DNA of 32,000 nucleotides from an uncultured archaeon (GCA_964373795.1 CAYJVY010000003.1:59383-91382), one strand, 5' to 3'. Shown: positions 8,746 to 18,826, counted from the first letter of the stretch. The notes: generated from the letters alone by a model not told the origin. A program made the numbers and translations.

Positions 8746-9450
8746 CTAAAAAATTTCTATTTTTGGAAAAGATTTATTTAAAATAAATGTTTTAGTTTCT
8801 CCATTGCAAAATTTTTGCACTAATTCACTTAATTCTTTAATTATTTTTTCTACTTCTTGTTTTGAAACTGGTGGCAAGCCTTCTGTTACAAGTGAAACGT
8901 TTTTTGTTTCTTCAGTCATTCGAGTTTTATGGCTTTCTCTCCAATTCCATCTCCTGCATAAAACTTCTTTTTCATCGCAATAAATTATTTCTCCTTTTTG
9001 AGGATTTTTAATTTCTTGAGAATTTAATTCAATGAATTTTTCATTGCCTTCAGCAAATTTTAGTGAAATATTTCCTTCAACTTTGTCTAAATTGTCTCCG
9101 CCAATTGGAATCAAGTGCTTTAGTGAAACAAAATTGTATAAGTCAACTAACTTGTTTATGTGTTTTAATTGAATTCCTTCTAAAGTCATTCTATACAAGT
9201 TTTCAACAGAGCATTTGTATTTTTTTGGTTTTGCTCCAAAAGAAGTAAAAGCTTTTCTCCAGCAATCAATTTTAGGGTTTTGTGAAAGAGTTTCAGAATT
9301 AAATTTACTTTGAATTTCTATTTGTTTTTCTTTAAGCAATGCCATTATTTCTTTATTTTCGCCTTGATTGTTTAAATTTGTTGCAATAACTATTCCAATA
9401 TTTAGTTCTGGAAATTTTCCAAAAATTGAGTTTTCAATAATAAAATGCAT
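8746..9450 (-). CDS. Solo B3/4 domain protein (PheRS-beta B3/B4-like, COG3382-type)
   Basis: INKLVDLYNFVSLKHLIPIGGDNLDKVEGNISLKFAEGNE matches the B3/4 domain core pattern (lVDiyN..Sl....PiGg.D.dk..g.l.l). Confidence 0.7.
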   Translation of the reverse strand: MHFIIENSIFGKFPELNIGIVIATNLNNQGENKEIMALLKEKQIEIQSKFNSETLSQNPKIDCWRKAFTSFGAKPKKYKCSVENLYRMTLEGIQLKHINKLVDLYNFVSLKHLIPIGGDNLDKVEGNISLKFAEGNEKFIELNSQEIKNPQKGEIIYCDEKEVLCRRWNWRESHKTRMTEETKNVSLVTEGLPPVSKQEVEKIIKELSELVQKFCNGETKTFILNKSFPKIEIF

Positions 9451-9470
9451 TTAAATCTTTTTAATTGAAT

Positions 9471-9550
9471 TGCTTCGCACGTCGAGCGCGAACCGTTCGG
9501 CTGGTTAGGCCAATGCCAACACTGGTATTCAGATCAGTCGGATGTGGTGG
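9471..9550. other. GC-rich structured intergenic island (candidate small RNA or 3'-UTR structure)
   Basis: Roughly 58% G+C by hand count, in AT-rich surroundings. Local hairpins are TTCGC...GCGAA (about 9474-9492) and, on the minus strand, CCAGTG-TTGG-CATTGG. No cloverleaf could be drawn. Confidence 0.3.
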
Positions 9551-10519
9551 CTAGCTTTGAATTCCTTTTAATTGGCTTTCTTCTTTAAAGGAGGTGCGAA
9601 ATCCTTTTCCAAATGCATATCCTAGTTCTGAAAATAATTGATTGAAACTAAATTCTTTTTCACTGTAATTAACTATTTCAGGAGATTCAATGCCTGCAAG
9701 TTCTGTTGCCCTATTAATTGCTGTTTGCTTGTTTCCAAGAAAATCAATTAATCCGTGTTCTTTTGCTTGTTTTCCTGATAAAATTCTTCCATCAGTTATT
9801 TCATCAAAGGAAGGCTTTAATCTTTCTCCGCGGAATTTTTTAATGTCTCCTTTAAAGTTTTCATAGGCTTGTCTTAAAATATCTTGAAAGATTTTTTCTT
9901 CTTCTGCAGTTAAGTCTTTGAAAGGTGAGCCAATTGCTTTGAATTTTCCTTCCTTAAGAATTGTTACTTTTACTCCGTGTTTTTCAAGTAATTCTTTTAA
10001 ATTAATTAATTCAGTTATTACTCCAATTGATCCAGTTAAAGAATCTTCATCTGCCACGATTTCATCTGATGCAGCTGCAATATAGTAACCTCCTGATGCT
10101 CCGATGTCTGAAATAAATGCTACTATTGGTTTGTTTACGTCTCTTATTTCTTGAACTATTTGCTTTGTTGCAATAACTCCTCCTCCAGGGGAATTAATTT
10201 CTAAAACAATTGCGCCAACACTTGAATCCGCATTTGCATCTTTAATGTTTTGAATAACTCTTTCAACGCTTAAAGTTGACTCTAAATTGCTTTCCTCTAA
10301 TGAAATCACTCCTTTAACTGGAATTACAGCTATTTTGTATGGCTTGAATAAATTAAAAGAATTTTTTTGAGAGCTTGCTCCTAAGCCGGCTAAAACAATT
10401 ACGCTAACAACAATCAACACAATTAATACTATAGCTCCTATTACTGCAATTGGAACAATTAATGGAATATTTAATTTGTTTTCTTTTTTGTGAAACATTT
10501 TAATCAGTTGAATAATCAT
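9551..10519 (-). CDS. sppA: Signal peptide peptidase SppA (S49 family, 36K type)
   Basis: N-terminal TM helix. The S49 motifs EINSPGGGV and ASGGYYIAAASDEIVA...SLTGSIGV are present. Confidence 0.85.
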   Translation of the reverse strand: MIIQLIKMFHKKENKLNIPLIVPIAVIGAIVLIVLIVVSVIVLAGLGASSQKNSFNLFKPYKIAVIPVKGVISLEESNLESTLSVERVIQNIKDANADSSVGAIVLEINSPGGGVIATKQIVQEIRDVNKPIVAFISDIGASGGYYIAAASDEIVADEDSLTGSIGVITELINLKELLEKHGVKVTILKEGKFKAIGSPFKDLTAEEEKIFQDILRQAYENFKGDIKKFRGERLKPSFDEITDGRILSGKQAKEHGLIDFLGNKQTAINRATELAGIESPEIVNYSEKEFSFNQLFSELGYAFGKGFRTSFKEESQLKGIQS

Positions 10520-10574
10520 TTTTAAGACTAATTATTTATAAATTGTTTAAAAGAAATGCTTTTAATTTTAGGTA

Positions 10575-11093
10575 GTGGGTTTTTTGATTAATTTTTTGAT
10601 TTTAGCGTTATATATTATTCCAATGTATGCAGCAAATCCTTCTGCAATGTTTTTTGGAGGAAAAACTCCTTTAGATTTGAACAAGAAGTTTTTTGATGGC
10701 AAACCTTTTTTTGGAAAAGGTAAAACCTTTAAAGGAACTTTTTTTGGAATTCTTGCAGGAATTATTGCAACTCTTTTATTGAATCAAGTAATGATTTTTT
10801 ATTCAATTAGTTTTCCAGCCAATTATTTATATTTTGGAGTTTTAGCTTCAATTGGCGCGATTTTAGGAGACATTGTCGGAAGCTTTATTAAGCGAAGACT
10901 TGGAATAGAATCTGGAAAAGAGTCCCCAATATTGGATCAATTGGATTTTGTTATAGGAGGAATGATTTTGGCTTTCCCTATTTATGTTCCTGAATTAATT
11001 GAAATAATTATTTTAATTATTGCTACTTTAATCTTTCATAGACTGGCAAACTTTGTTGCATTTAAATTGAAGTTAAAAAAAGTTCCTTACTGA
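10575..11093 (+). CDS. carS: CDP-archaeol synthase (CDP-2,3-bis-O-geranylgeranyl-sn-glycerol synthase)
   Basis: DUF46/CarS pattern with YAANPSAMFFGG, FGKGKTFKGT, GDIVGSFIKRRLGI and PILDQLDF. Small polytopic membrane protein with a GTG start. Confidence 0.8.
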   Translation: MGFLINFLILALYIIPMYAANPSAMFFGGKTPLDLNKKFFDGKPFFGKGKTFKGTFFGILAGIIATLLLNQVMIFYSISFPANYLYFGVLASIGAILGDIVGSFIKRRLGIESGKESPILDQLDFVIGGMILAFPIYVPELIEIIILIIATLIFHRLANFVAFKLKLKKVPY

Positions 11094-11098
11094 GTTTC

Positions 11099-11596
11099 AT
11101 GGAATTAAAAAATTTTTTGGAAAAAAAGTCAATTGTTTTTTTACTAAAGTTTTTCATAATTTTTTTCTTTCTTCAATGGCTTATTTTTTTTCTAGATATT
11201 TCTTTTATTCAGAAATGGGTTGCATTAATTGAAGGAAAATTTCTTGGCTTGCCAGTTCAAGGAATACTTGTTTTTGTTGGTCAACAGCCTTTCGAGATTA
11301 GCGTTAATTGCACTGGATTGATTTCTGCTGGAATTTTGGCTTCAATAATTTTTTCCTTGAAAAAGCCTGGCATTAAGTTAAAGCTTGCAACTTTTTTTTT
11401 GGGAGGAATTGCATTGTTTTTTGCAAACCTTGTAAGAGTTTACTTTGTATTAGTTTTTGCTCAAATATTTTCTGTTCAAGCAGCGGAATTAGTTCACATT
11501 ATTAGTTGGTTTGCAATGTCTGTTTTAATTTTGTTGTTGTGGTATTATTCTTCAAAAGTTTTTACTGGAATTAAAAGTTTTGAAGGATTCTTGTAG
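11099..11596 (+). CDS. Exosortase/archaeosortase-family transpeptidase (small variant)
   Basis: Polytopic membrane protein carrying the family triad in the expected order. These are Cys in VNCTGLISAG, Arg in FANLVRVYF and His in ELVHIISW. Confidence 0.6.
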   Translation: MELKNFLEKKSIVFLLKFFIIFFFLQWLIFFLDISFIQKWVALIEGKFLGLPVQGILVFVGQQPFEISVNCTGLISAGILASIIFSLKKPGIKLKLATFFLGGIALFFANLVRVYFVLVFAQIFSVQAAELVHIISWFAMSVLILLLWYYSSKVFTGIKSFEGFL

Positions 11597-11615
11597 ATAA
11601 AAATATTTATTTGAT

Positions 11616-13256
11616 TTAGTTTTTCTTTAAAACTGTTTTCATGATTTCAGAAAATGCTGGGCGAGCAATTGTTACTGCAAGAATTGCTCCGGAAATTGTT
11701 ACAATTGCAAATCCAACTAGTTTTCCTAATCCTACTCCAAATAAAATTATTGGAAGCATTGTTGCAATAACAGTGACTGTTGCAACAATTATTATGAAGA
11801 AAGCTTTTTTTGCTCTTTCAATTAAAGTGTATTCTCCTGCTATTTCTCCCCCTCTAAGTAATTCATCTGTTATTAATATTTGATGGTCAACTCCTGTTCC
11901 AACTACTGCTAGGATTCCTGCAACAGATCCCAAGTCTAGATTCCAATTAATTAGTGAAGCAAATCCTAGAATCATTATTACTTCACTTATTCCAGTTAAA
12001 ATAATTGGAATTGCAAGTTTTAATATTCTGTATCTAATGAATAAAACTAATGCTACTACTAGAATTGCAAGTGCTCCAATAAATATTGCACTGCTAAGTG
12101 ATTCTTTTCCAAATGTTGGAGAAATTGATTCTTTTGAAATATCCTCTACTCCTATTGGAAGGCTTCCGGTTTCTAATACAACTCTTAAGCCTTCTAATTC
12201 TTTTCTAGAACTTTCAGCAGTAGCAGAAAATCCTCTAATAACTAAAGAAGAGTTAACTTGAGAATCTTCAACTCTTGCAATAAATGGTTGATTGCCTGTA
12301 ATATCTGGATTTAAAGAAATAATATTTCTTGCGCCTGTGGCAGTCCAAATCCAGGGCTGTGGAGGAATTTCTTTAACTTCTTTTACAATGAATCCAATTT
12401 CTTTTAATTTTTCTTTAATGCTTGAACTAACGCCTGAATGAATTAATGCGTATTTGTTTTCTTTTTTTGCCTCACTTAATTCTTGTACTTGTTGAAGACT
12501 TAGATTCGCGTCTACAAGGAATTCTTTTACTCCTGAATTTAATAATAATTCTTCAATTCGTGTTTGAGGAGGAATTCCTTCAGAGTCAATTCCTGTAAAC
12601 AATTCGTTTTTGTTTTTTTCAAAAACTGTTCTAGGAATAATTAAAACACTTTTTTTTGGCTTGTCAATAAAGAAATATGTTTCACTGCAATTAAATGCGT
12701 TTCCAGAAGAAGGATCCAATCCAGTTAAAGTGCATTTATGAAATATTTCTTTTGAAAACTTTTTAGCTCCGTCTTCAGTTAAAGTGAAAGGTAGAATCCA
12801 AACAAATTGATTTCCTTGAGGAGCAAATCCATATCCTTTTTGAGGGTCTCCTATTACTCTGAAAATATCTTCTCCTTCTAAAATTTTTTTTCCTTCAAGC
12901 ATTACTTCAAATTTCCCTTGCGATAAAATTAGTGTTTTAAGGCTTTCAACTGTTTGAGGATCTGTTTCAGCTATTTGAGCTTGAATAAATTCAAATCCTT
13001 GGGTTTCATTTCCAATTGTGGTTACTCTTGCATCTTTTAATCCAGTCCAATCCAATCTTTTTTGAATAGTGTTTTGAATTTGATTTGCTAGTTCCACGTC
13101 TTTTATTGGCTCAGATAATTGAATTAAGAAAAGCGTTCCTCCAGAGAAATCAATTCCAAAACTAATTCCTTTAAAGAAAATTAATCCTAAAGCAATTAAT
13201 ACGACTGCAACCCATACAATGATTTTCCAATTCTTTGCAATTTTTTCAAAATTCAT
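11616..13256 (-). CDS. secD: Protein-export membrane protein SecD
   Basis: N-terminal TM, a large extracytoplasmic domain, then a 5-TM bundle (GISEVIMILGFASL, GILAVVGTGVDHQILITDE). Its start overlaps the secF stop (ATGA). Confidence 0.85.
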   Translation of the reverse strand: MNFEKIAKNWKIIVWVAVVLIALGLIFFKGISFGIDFSGGTLFLIQLSEPIKDVELANQIQNTIQKRLDWTGLKDARVTTIGNETQGFEFIQAQIAETDPQTVESLKTLILSQGKFEVMLEGKKILEGEDIFRVIGDPQKGYGFAPQGNQFVWILPFTLTEDGAKKFSKEIFHKCTLTGLDPSSGNAFNCSETYFFIDKPKKSVLIIPRTVFEKNKNELFTGIDSEGIPPQTRIEELLLNSGVKEFLVDANLSLQQVQELSEAKKENKYALIHSGVSSSIKEKLKEIGFIVKEVKEIPPQPWIWTATGARNIISLNPDITGNQPFIARVEDSQVNSSLVIRGFSATAESSRKELEGLRVVLETGSLPIGVEDISKESISPTFGKESLSSAIFIGALAILVVALVLFIRYRILKLAIPIILTGISEVIMILGFASLINWNLDLGSVAGILAVVGTGVDHQILITDELLRGGEIAGEYTLIERAKKAFFIIIVATVTVIATMLPIILFGVGLGKLVGFAIVTISGAILAVTIARPAFSEIMKTVLKKN

Positions 13257-14299
13257 TTGATTCCCTTTTTTTCAGTATAGTAAAGTAATATTGGGGCATT
13301 CATTAACCATGTTGAAATAATGTCTGCAAATAATCCGAATAAAATAACTATTGCTATTTCAAAAATAAAATTAATTTGATTTAAGTAACTTATTACAACC
13401 ATTACAGTAATTGCTGCAATAGTTGTAAGAGTCATTGTTAAACCTGTTTTCATTGCATCAAATGCTCTTTCTCTTGCATCCTTTTCATGCCTTTTTAATA
13501 CTCTGTCAGTTAACAATATATCTGTATCAACTGAGTAACCTATTAGCATTAACAATGCGGTTATAGTGCTTAAACCTAGAGGGATTTTGAATACACTCAT
13601 TAATCCAAGCGCTCCAAGAATATCAAATGCTGCTGCTCCAATTACTGCTGCACTTGGAATAAATTCTCTAAAGAAAAAGAAAATACTTATTACAACTAAA
13701 ACAAATCCAATTAATGCTACTTTAAGAGCTGACTCCCAGAAAACCGATCCAAAAGTTGGAGGAACATCATCTACAGTAAAACTAATTTTTTCATTTGAAT
13801 TAATTGTTGAAAGAATTGTTTTCTCCAAACTTAATTGAAGTGCTTGCTTTGAATTCAAAAAAGCTTTATTAGTGAAGGCAAATAATTCTTCTGCATTAAG
13901 TCCTTCTTCTGGAACATCTGAATAAAAATTTTTAATTTGCTCTAAAACTTTTTTTGAATAATTTTTTGATTCCTCAGGATTTGAATTCAATAACTCTTTT
14001 GCTTTCCCTAAATTGTTTTTTGCTTGTTCTAAGGTTTTGTTTTGAGCATAAGAAATAATTAATCCCTTACCTGTTTTAAGTACCTCTAAATCCTTTAAAT
14101 TAAAATTTTTTTCCAAAGAAGACTTAATTAGTTCTGCATTTGTTTGCTCGGGAATTCCTCTAACAGTAATAGTTGTTCCGCCAATTAAGTCTTTTCCTTT
14201 CTCTATTCCAGGGGAAACAAATATAAAAAATAAAAATATAATTGCAAGCATCAAAGTAATTATTGGGAAAAACTTGTAATTGAATTTAAATATGTTCAT
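13253..14299 (-). CDS. secF: Protein-export membrane protein SecF
   Basis: TM1, a smaller loop domain, then a C-terminal RND-like bundle (LIGYSVDTDILLTDRVLKR). It lies upstream of secD, as in archaeal secFD operons. Confidence 0.85.
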   Translation of the reverse strand: MNIFKFNYKFFPIITLMLAIIFLFFIFVSPGIEKGKDLIGGTTITVRGIPEQTNAELIKSSLEKNFNLKDLEVLKTGKGLIISYAQNKTLEQAKNNLGKAKELLNSNPEESKNYSKKVLEQIKNFYSDVPEEGLNAEELFAFTNKAFLNSKQALQLSLEKTILSTINSNEKISFTVDDVPPTFGSVFWESALKVALIGFVLVVISIFFFFREFIPSAAVIGAAAFDILGALGLMSVFKIPLGLSTITALLMLIGYSVDTDILLTDRVLKRHEKDARERAFDAMKTGLTMTLTTIAAITVMVVISYLNQINFIFEIAIVILFGLFADIISTWLMNAPILLYYTEKKGIK

Positions 14300-14402
14300 T
14301 TTATTTCACAAAATTAAGTAAATTGTTTTAATTGAATATTATATTAACTTGTTGTTAATTGAATTAATAAGAAAAGCATTTTAAAGATTTGTGGGGAATG
14401 AA

Positions 14403-15422
14403 ATGCAATTAAATTATATTTTTAAAGCCAATGATTTACTTGATAACGCGTTTAGAAAAGCAAGAAAAGAATCCTCTAATTTAAAGAAAGTGCCTTTTAA
14501 AGTTCAAAACTTTAAAGTAATTAATGCAAAAACTGCGGAAAAAATTAAAATTGAAACAGCAGGAAATTATTTAATTGACAGATTAAATGAATTAGTTAAA
14601 GGCACTGTAAACTTTGAAGAATTACATCCATTTTATAGAGAAATATTAGAGGTAACAATCGATGTAATTGCTTTAAAGAAAGCTCTTTCACAGTTTAATA
14701 AAGTAGTAAAAATAATTAAAAAAATTAAAAGAGAATCCATTAAAAAACTTCATCAAATAAAAACTGAAAAAGAGCTTAGAAGGTTTTCAGAAATAACTAA
14801 CCAGTTTTATGGCCGAGCATCATCTTTAATTAAAAGCCTTGACTCAAGCATTGAAGTTATAATTGATTGTAGAACAAAATTAATCGAGTTTCCAAAAATT
14901 AAGTTTGATTTGCCTTCAATTATTTTATCAGGCTTTCCTAATACGGGCAAGACAACTATTTTGAAAAGGTTAACTGGAGCAAAAGCAGAAATAAACGTTT
15001 ATCCTTTTACAACTAAGTCATTAAAGCTAGGGTATTATGTTTTTCACTATCTAGAGATTCAAGTAATTGATACTCCTGGATTGTTGGATAGGCCTTTAGA
15101 TAAAAGAAACAATATTGAAAAAAAAGCCTTAACTGCATTAAAGCATTTAGGAAACTTAATAGTATTCATTGCTGATCCGACAGAAGAATGTGGGTATGAA
15201 ATTGAAGAACAATTTAATTTATTTCAAGAAGTGAAAAAAGAGTTTCAATCTCCTTTAATTTTAGTTTTCAATAAAATGGATTTAGCAAAAAGCGAACAAC
15301 TAGAAAAAGCAAGAAACTTGTTTAATGAAAAATTTATTGAAACAGGAGAAGGAATTCAAGACAATTTGAGTGAAGAAATTTATAATAAATTAAAAACCTC
15401 GATTAGTTTACAGGCAAAATAA
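14403..15422 (+). CDS. NOG1-family GTP-binding protein
   Basis: NOG1-type N-terminal helical region followed by a GTPase domain. G1 is GFPNTGKTT, G3 is DTPG and G4 is NKMD. ATG at 14403 is preferred over the listed GTG at 14391. Confidence 0.75.
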   Translation: MQLNYIFKANDLLDNAFRKARKESSNLKKVPFKVQNFKVINAKTAEKIKIETAGNYLIDRLNELVKGTVNFEELHPFYREILEVTIDVIALKKALSQFNKVVKIIKKIKRESIKKLHQIKTEKELRRFSEITNQFYGRASSLIKSLDSSIEVIIDCRTKLIEFPKIKFDLPSIILSGFPNTGKTTILKRLTGAKAEINVYPFTTKSLKLGYYVFHYLEIQVIDTPGLLDRPLDKRNNIEKKALTALKHLGNLIVFIADPTEECGYEIEEQFNLFQEVKKEFQSPLILVFNKMDLAKSEQLEKARNLFNEKFIETGEGIQDNLSEEIYNKLKTSISLQAK

Positions 15423-15457
15423 TTTCTAATTTAAGGATTTCCTTTCAATAATTATTT

Positions 15458-17623
15458 ATGAATGTAGAAGAAATTGTATTAAAATGCAATTCATTTAACG
15501 AATTTAATGAAATGCAGAAAACTGCTTTGCAAAAAGGTTTGTTTGAAAAATCAATGATTGTTTCAAGTCCAACTGCTTCAGGGAAAACAGTTTTAGCAGA
15601 ATTAACTGCTTTGAATTCAATTTTAAACAATAAAGCAAAGGTTGTCTACACTTGTCCTTTGAAGGCTTTAGCTTCAGAGCATTTCACTGACTTTAAAAAA
15701 AAATATTCAAAGAATTTAAAGATTAAAACAATTATTTCTACTGGAGACTTTGATTCTAGTTCAAGTCATTTAAGTAAATTTGATTTAATTTTTTCAACTT
15801 ATGAAAAAATTGAGTCATTAATTAGACATAAATCTTCTTGGCTTTCAAGCATTGGGTTATTAATTGTGGATGAAATTCATGAAATTGATTCAGATAGAGG
15901 GCCAACTTTGGAAATGCTTGTAACAAAGCTTAGATTAATGAATCCTTCAATGAGGGTTTTAGGTTTAAGTGCCACTATTCCAAATGCAAAAGAATTAAGT
16001 GAATGGCTTCAAGCAACTTTAATTGAATCAAATTACAGGCCAATTCCTTTAAGTGAAGGAGTTTACTTTAATCAAGAAATAAAGTATTCAAAAAAAAATG
16101 AGTTAGTGGAAAAAGAAAAAGATTCTTTGAATGAATTAATTTTAAATACATTGAAGAAAGAAAAACAAGCACTAGTTTTTTGTAATTCAAGGAAACGCGC
16201 AGAAACAGTTGCTAGAAAAATTTCTCATTTAATTAAAAAACAATTAAATGAAAAACAATTAATTGAATTAAAAAATGAAGCTGAAAAAGTTTTAAATGCA
16301 TTAGAACAACCTACAGAGCAATGTAAGAATTTATTTCAATTAATTGAACAAGGAATTGCTTTTCATCATGCAGGTTTAATGCAGGAACAAAGAACAATAA
16401 TTGAAGAACTATTCAAGCAAGGAAAATTATTAGCTCTAACTTCTACTCCTACTTTAGCAGCCGGAGTTAATATTCCAGCTAACACAGTAATTATTCCGAC
16501 AATTTATAGATATGGAAGATTTGGAATGGAGCCAATAACTGTTCGCGAATTCAAGCAAATGAGTGGAAGAGCTGGCAGGCCAAAATATGATGTTGAAGGA
16601 AGAACAATTTTGATTGCAAAAAATGAAATAGAACAAGAAGAATTAATGCATTCATATGTGAATGGAAAAATTGAAGAAATTACTTCAAAGCTTTCAATTG
16701 AACCAATTCTTAGAACTCATTTGCTTTCATTAATTGCTTCAAACTTTGTTTTTGACTTGAATTCAATGGAGCAATTCTTTTCTAAAACATTTTATGCAAA
16801 ACAATTCAAGGATTTAGCTCATTTGTTTTACAAATTAAATGATGTATTAAAGGAATTAATTGAAATGGATTTTATTCAAACAACTGAAAAAGGATTTAAT
16901 GCAACAGTTTTAGGGCAAAGAGTTGCAGAACTATATTTAGATCCAATTACAGCTTTTAATTTAATTCAAGCACTTAAAAATAATAAAATTGGAAAAGAAT
17001 TAAGCTATTTAATGCTTTTAAGTGATTCATTTGAGTTATATCCTTTTCCAAGCATTCCAAAATCACGAGAAGGAATTCTTTGGGCTGAATTAAGTGAAGC
17101 AAAAAAAGAATTATTTTTTGATTTAGATAGAAAAATGTTTGAAGACAACTCTATTTTGAATAAATTTTTTTTCTCTCAAATTTTAATGCAATGGTTAAAT
17201 GAAGTTTCAGAAGAAAACTTGTTAAAAGAATTCAAAATCCAGCCAGGAATTTTGCGTTCAAAACTAGAAATAATTGACTGGCTGTTGTATTCATCAATTG
17301 AATTGGAAAAACTTTTAGAGCAATCAACTCACTTCAAGCCATTAACTGATTTAAGGCTTAGAGTGAAATACGGAATTAAATCTGAACTACTTTCATTAGT
17401 TCAACTTAAAAATATTGGAAGAGTTAGGGCAAGGCTTTTATTCAAAAACCATTTGCGAACAATTAGCGATTTAAAGAAAACAGATTTAAATAATTTAAGC
17501 AGGATTTTAGGGCCAAAAATTGCTTTAAATGTAAAACATCAATTAGGCCAAGAAAAAGAAATAAATGAGAAAGAAATTCAAGTAAAACAAGTTGAAGGGC
17601 AATCAACTTTGGATGGGTTTTAA
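15458..17623 (+). CDS. hel308: Hel308/Ski2-like ATP-dependent DNA helicase
   Basis: Walker A is PTASGKT and the DEIH box is VDEIHEI. SATIPNA, FHHAGL, TPTLAAGVNIPA and MSGRAGRPKYD are present. A C-terminal HhH-like domain is present (GRVRARLLF). Confidence 0.85.
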   Translation: MNVEEIVLKCNSFNEFNEMQKTALQKGLFEKSMIVSSPTASGKTVLAELTALNSILNNKAKVVYTCPLKALASEHFTDFKKKYSKNLKIKTIISTGDFDSSSSHLSKFDLIFSTYEKIESLIRHKSSWLSSIGLLIVDEIHEIDSDRGPTLEMLVTKLRLMNPSMRVLGLSATIPNAKELSEWLQATLIESNYRPIPLSEGVYFNQEIKYSKKNELVEKEKDSLNELILNTLKKEKQALVFCNSRKRAETVARKISHLIKKQLNEKQLIELKNEAEKVLNALEQPTEQCKNLFQLIEQGIAFHHAGLMQEQRTIIEELFKQGKLLALTSTPTLAAGVNIPANTVIIPTIYRYGRFGMEPITVREFKQMSGRAGRPKYDVEGRTILIAKNEIEQEELMHSYVNGKIEEITSKLSIEPILRTHLLSLIASNFVFDLNSMEQFFSKTFYAKQFKDLAHLFYKLNDVLKELIEMDFIQTTEKGFNATVLGQRVAELYLDPITAFNLIQALKNNKIGKELSYLMLLSDSFELYPFPSIPKSREGILWAELSEAKKELFFDLDRKMFEDNSILNKFFFSQILMQWLNEVSEENLLKEFKIQPGILRSKLEIIDWLLYSSIELEKLLEQSTHFKPLTDLRLRVKYGIKSELLSLVQLKNIGRVRARLLFKNHLRTISDLKKTDLNNLSRILGPKIALNVKHQLGQEKEINEKEIQVKQVEGQSTLDGF

Positions 17624-18826
17624 TTATTTGTTTACTTCTTTTTCAATTACTTCTCTAATTTTTTTTGCATCTAAATCCAATTTAATGAAACGTGTTTGTC
17701 CTTTATATCCTTGTCCAGAATTAGTTGTAACAATTAATCCATACATTTCTAATTCACTAACATATTGCCTATACCATCTAGAACTTATGGGATTTTCTTG
17801 ATATCTTTTTGCAAGAGAAGAATATTCATTGAACACTTCTCCTGAAAAAACTAATTCTTTTTCTTCTTCCCCAGTTATTTTAGTTAAACCGCTTGAACGC
17901 ATGCTTACATTGGCAATTGCAAGTAAAACTAATTGTTCTTGAGTTGGAAGAGTTGAAATCATGTTAAAAATAATTTCTTCTTCAACTTTTTGCTTTGCTT
18001 CTAGTACTTGGACTTCCGAAACTTTTTGCAAAGAATTATTATCTGCTTGTTCTCCTGCTCTAAGTAAAAGCATTACTCCTGTCCTAGCATCTCCAGATTC
18101 TTTTGCTGCAATTGCTGCAGCTAAATTTATTGCTGGTTGTTCAACAGTGTTTTCCTTAAATGCTAGTTTAACTCTTTGTTTTAGTATTTCAGTTAATTCT
18201 TCTGCATTATATGGAGGAAAAACCATTTCATGTTCGCATAAACTGCTTTTAGTTCTAGGATCTAATCTGTCTTTAAACATTAAATTATTTGATACTCCTA
18301 CAATTGAAATGCTTCCCTTTCCTATTTCATCGTTTGCTCTTGTAAGAGAATAAATTAATTCATCTAAATCCTTTACCTTGTCTATTTCATCTAAAACAAT
18401 TATTACATCTCTTTCTGTTTCCTTCACAAATTCAATTAATTTTTCTAAAACAAATCCAGAACTATATCCTAAAAAGTTTTTATTAGGATAAAACTCGTTA
18501 ACACATTTCAATAAAGCCCTGTATTTAGATGAATGGTTTCTGCAATTAACATAACAAGTTTTTATGTTAACCTTATTTTTTTCAGCAAATTCATTTAATT
18601 GCGATAAAACAAATTTAGTTACACTTGTTTTACCAGTTCCTGTTTTACCATATAGAAAAAGATTATTAGGTTTTTTTCTATTTAACACAGTTCCAAGAAC
18701 TGAAGTAATTTCTTTTATTTGATTTTCTCTAAAAGGAAGTTCATTTGGAATGTAATGAGGCATTATTAAATTTCTGTCCTTAAAGACTGTTGGTTTTTCT
18801 AATTCGGCCTGAAAAATATTTTCCAT
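17624..18826 (-). CDS. cdc6: Orc1/Cdc6 replication initiator
   Basis: AAA+ domain with Walker A GKTGTGKT and Walker B VLDEIDK. GDAR sensor region (ESGDARTG). A C-terminal winged-helix segment is present. Confidence 0.9.
   Translation of the reverse strand: MENIFQAELEKPTVFKDRNLIMPHYIPNELPFRENQIKEITSVLGTVLNRKKPNNLFLYGKTGTGKTSVTKFVLSQLNEFAEKNKVNIKTCYVNCRNHSSKYRALLKCVNEFYPNKNFLGYSSGFVLEKLIEFVKETERDVIIVLDEIDKVKDLDELIYSLTRANDEIGKGSISIVGVSNNLMFKDRLDPRTKSSLCEHEMVFPPYNAEELTEILKQRVKLAFKENTVEQPAINLAAAIAAKESGDARTGVMLLLRAGEQADNNSLQKVSEVQVLEAKQKVEEEIIFNMISTLPTQEQLVLLAIANVSMRSSGLTKITGEEEKELVFSGEVFNEYSSLAKRYQENPISSRWYRQYVSELEMYGLIVTTNSGQGYKGQTRFIKLDLDAKKIREVIEKEVNK

Noticed and set aside
9471-9555. Possible tRNA, split-tRNA half or TPP riboswitch. 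The minus strand reads CUGAUCUGAAUACCAG, which resembles the THI-box CUGAUCUGGAUAAUGCCAG.
   Set aside because: No acceptor, D or T arms can be paired on either strand, and there is no GTTCRANYC T-loop. The obligatory upstream CUGAGA element of TPP riboswitches is absent. The downstream gene is not related to thiamine.
17592-17801. 69-codon plus-strand ORF spanning the hel308/cdc6 junction.
   Set aside because: It overlaps the 3' ends of two strongly supported genes, and its translation has no features.
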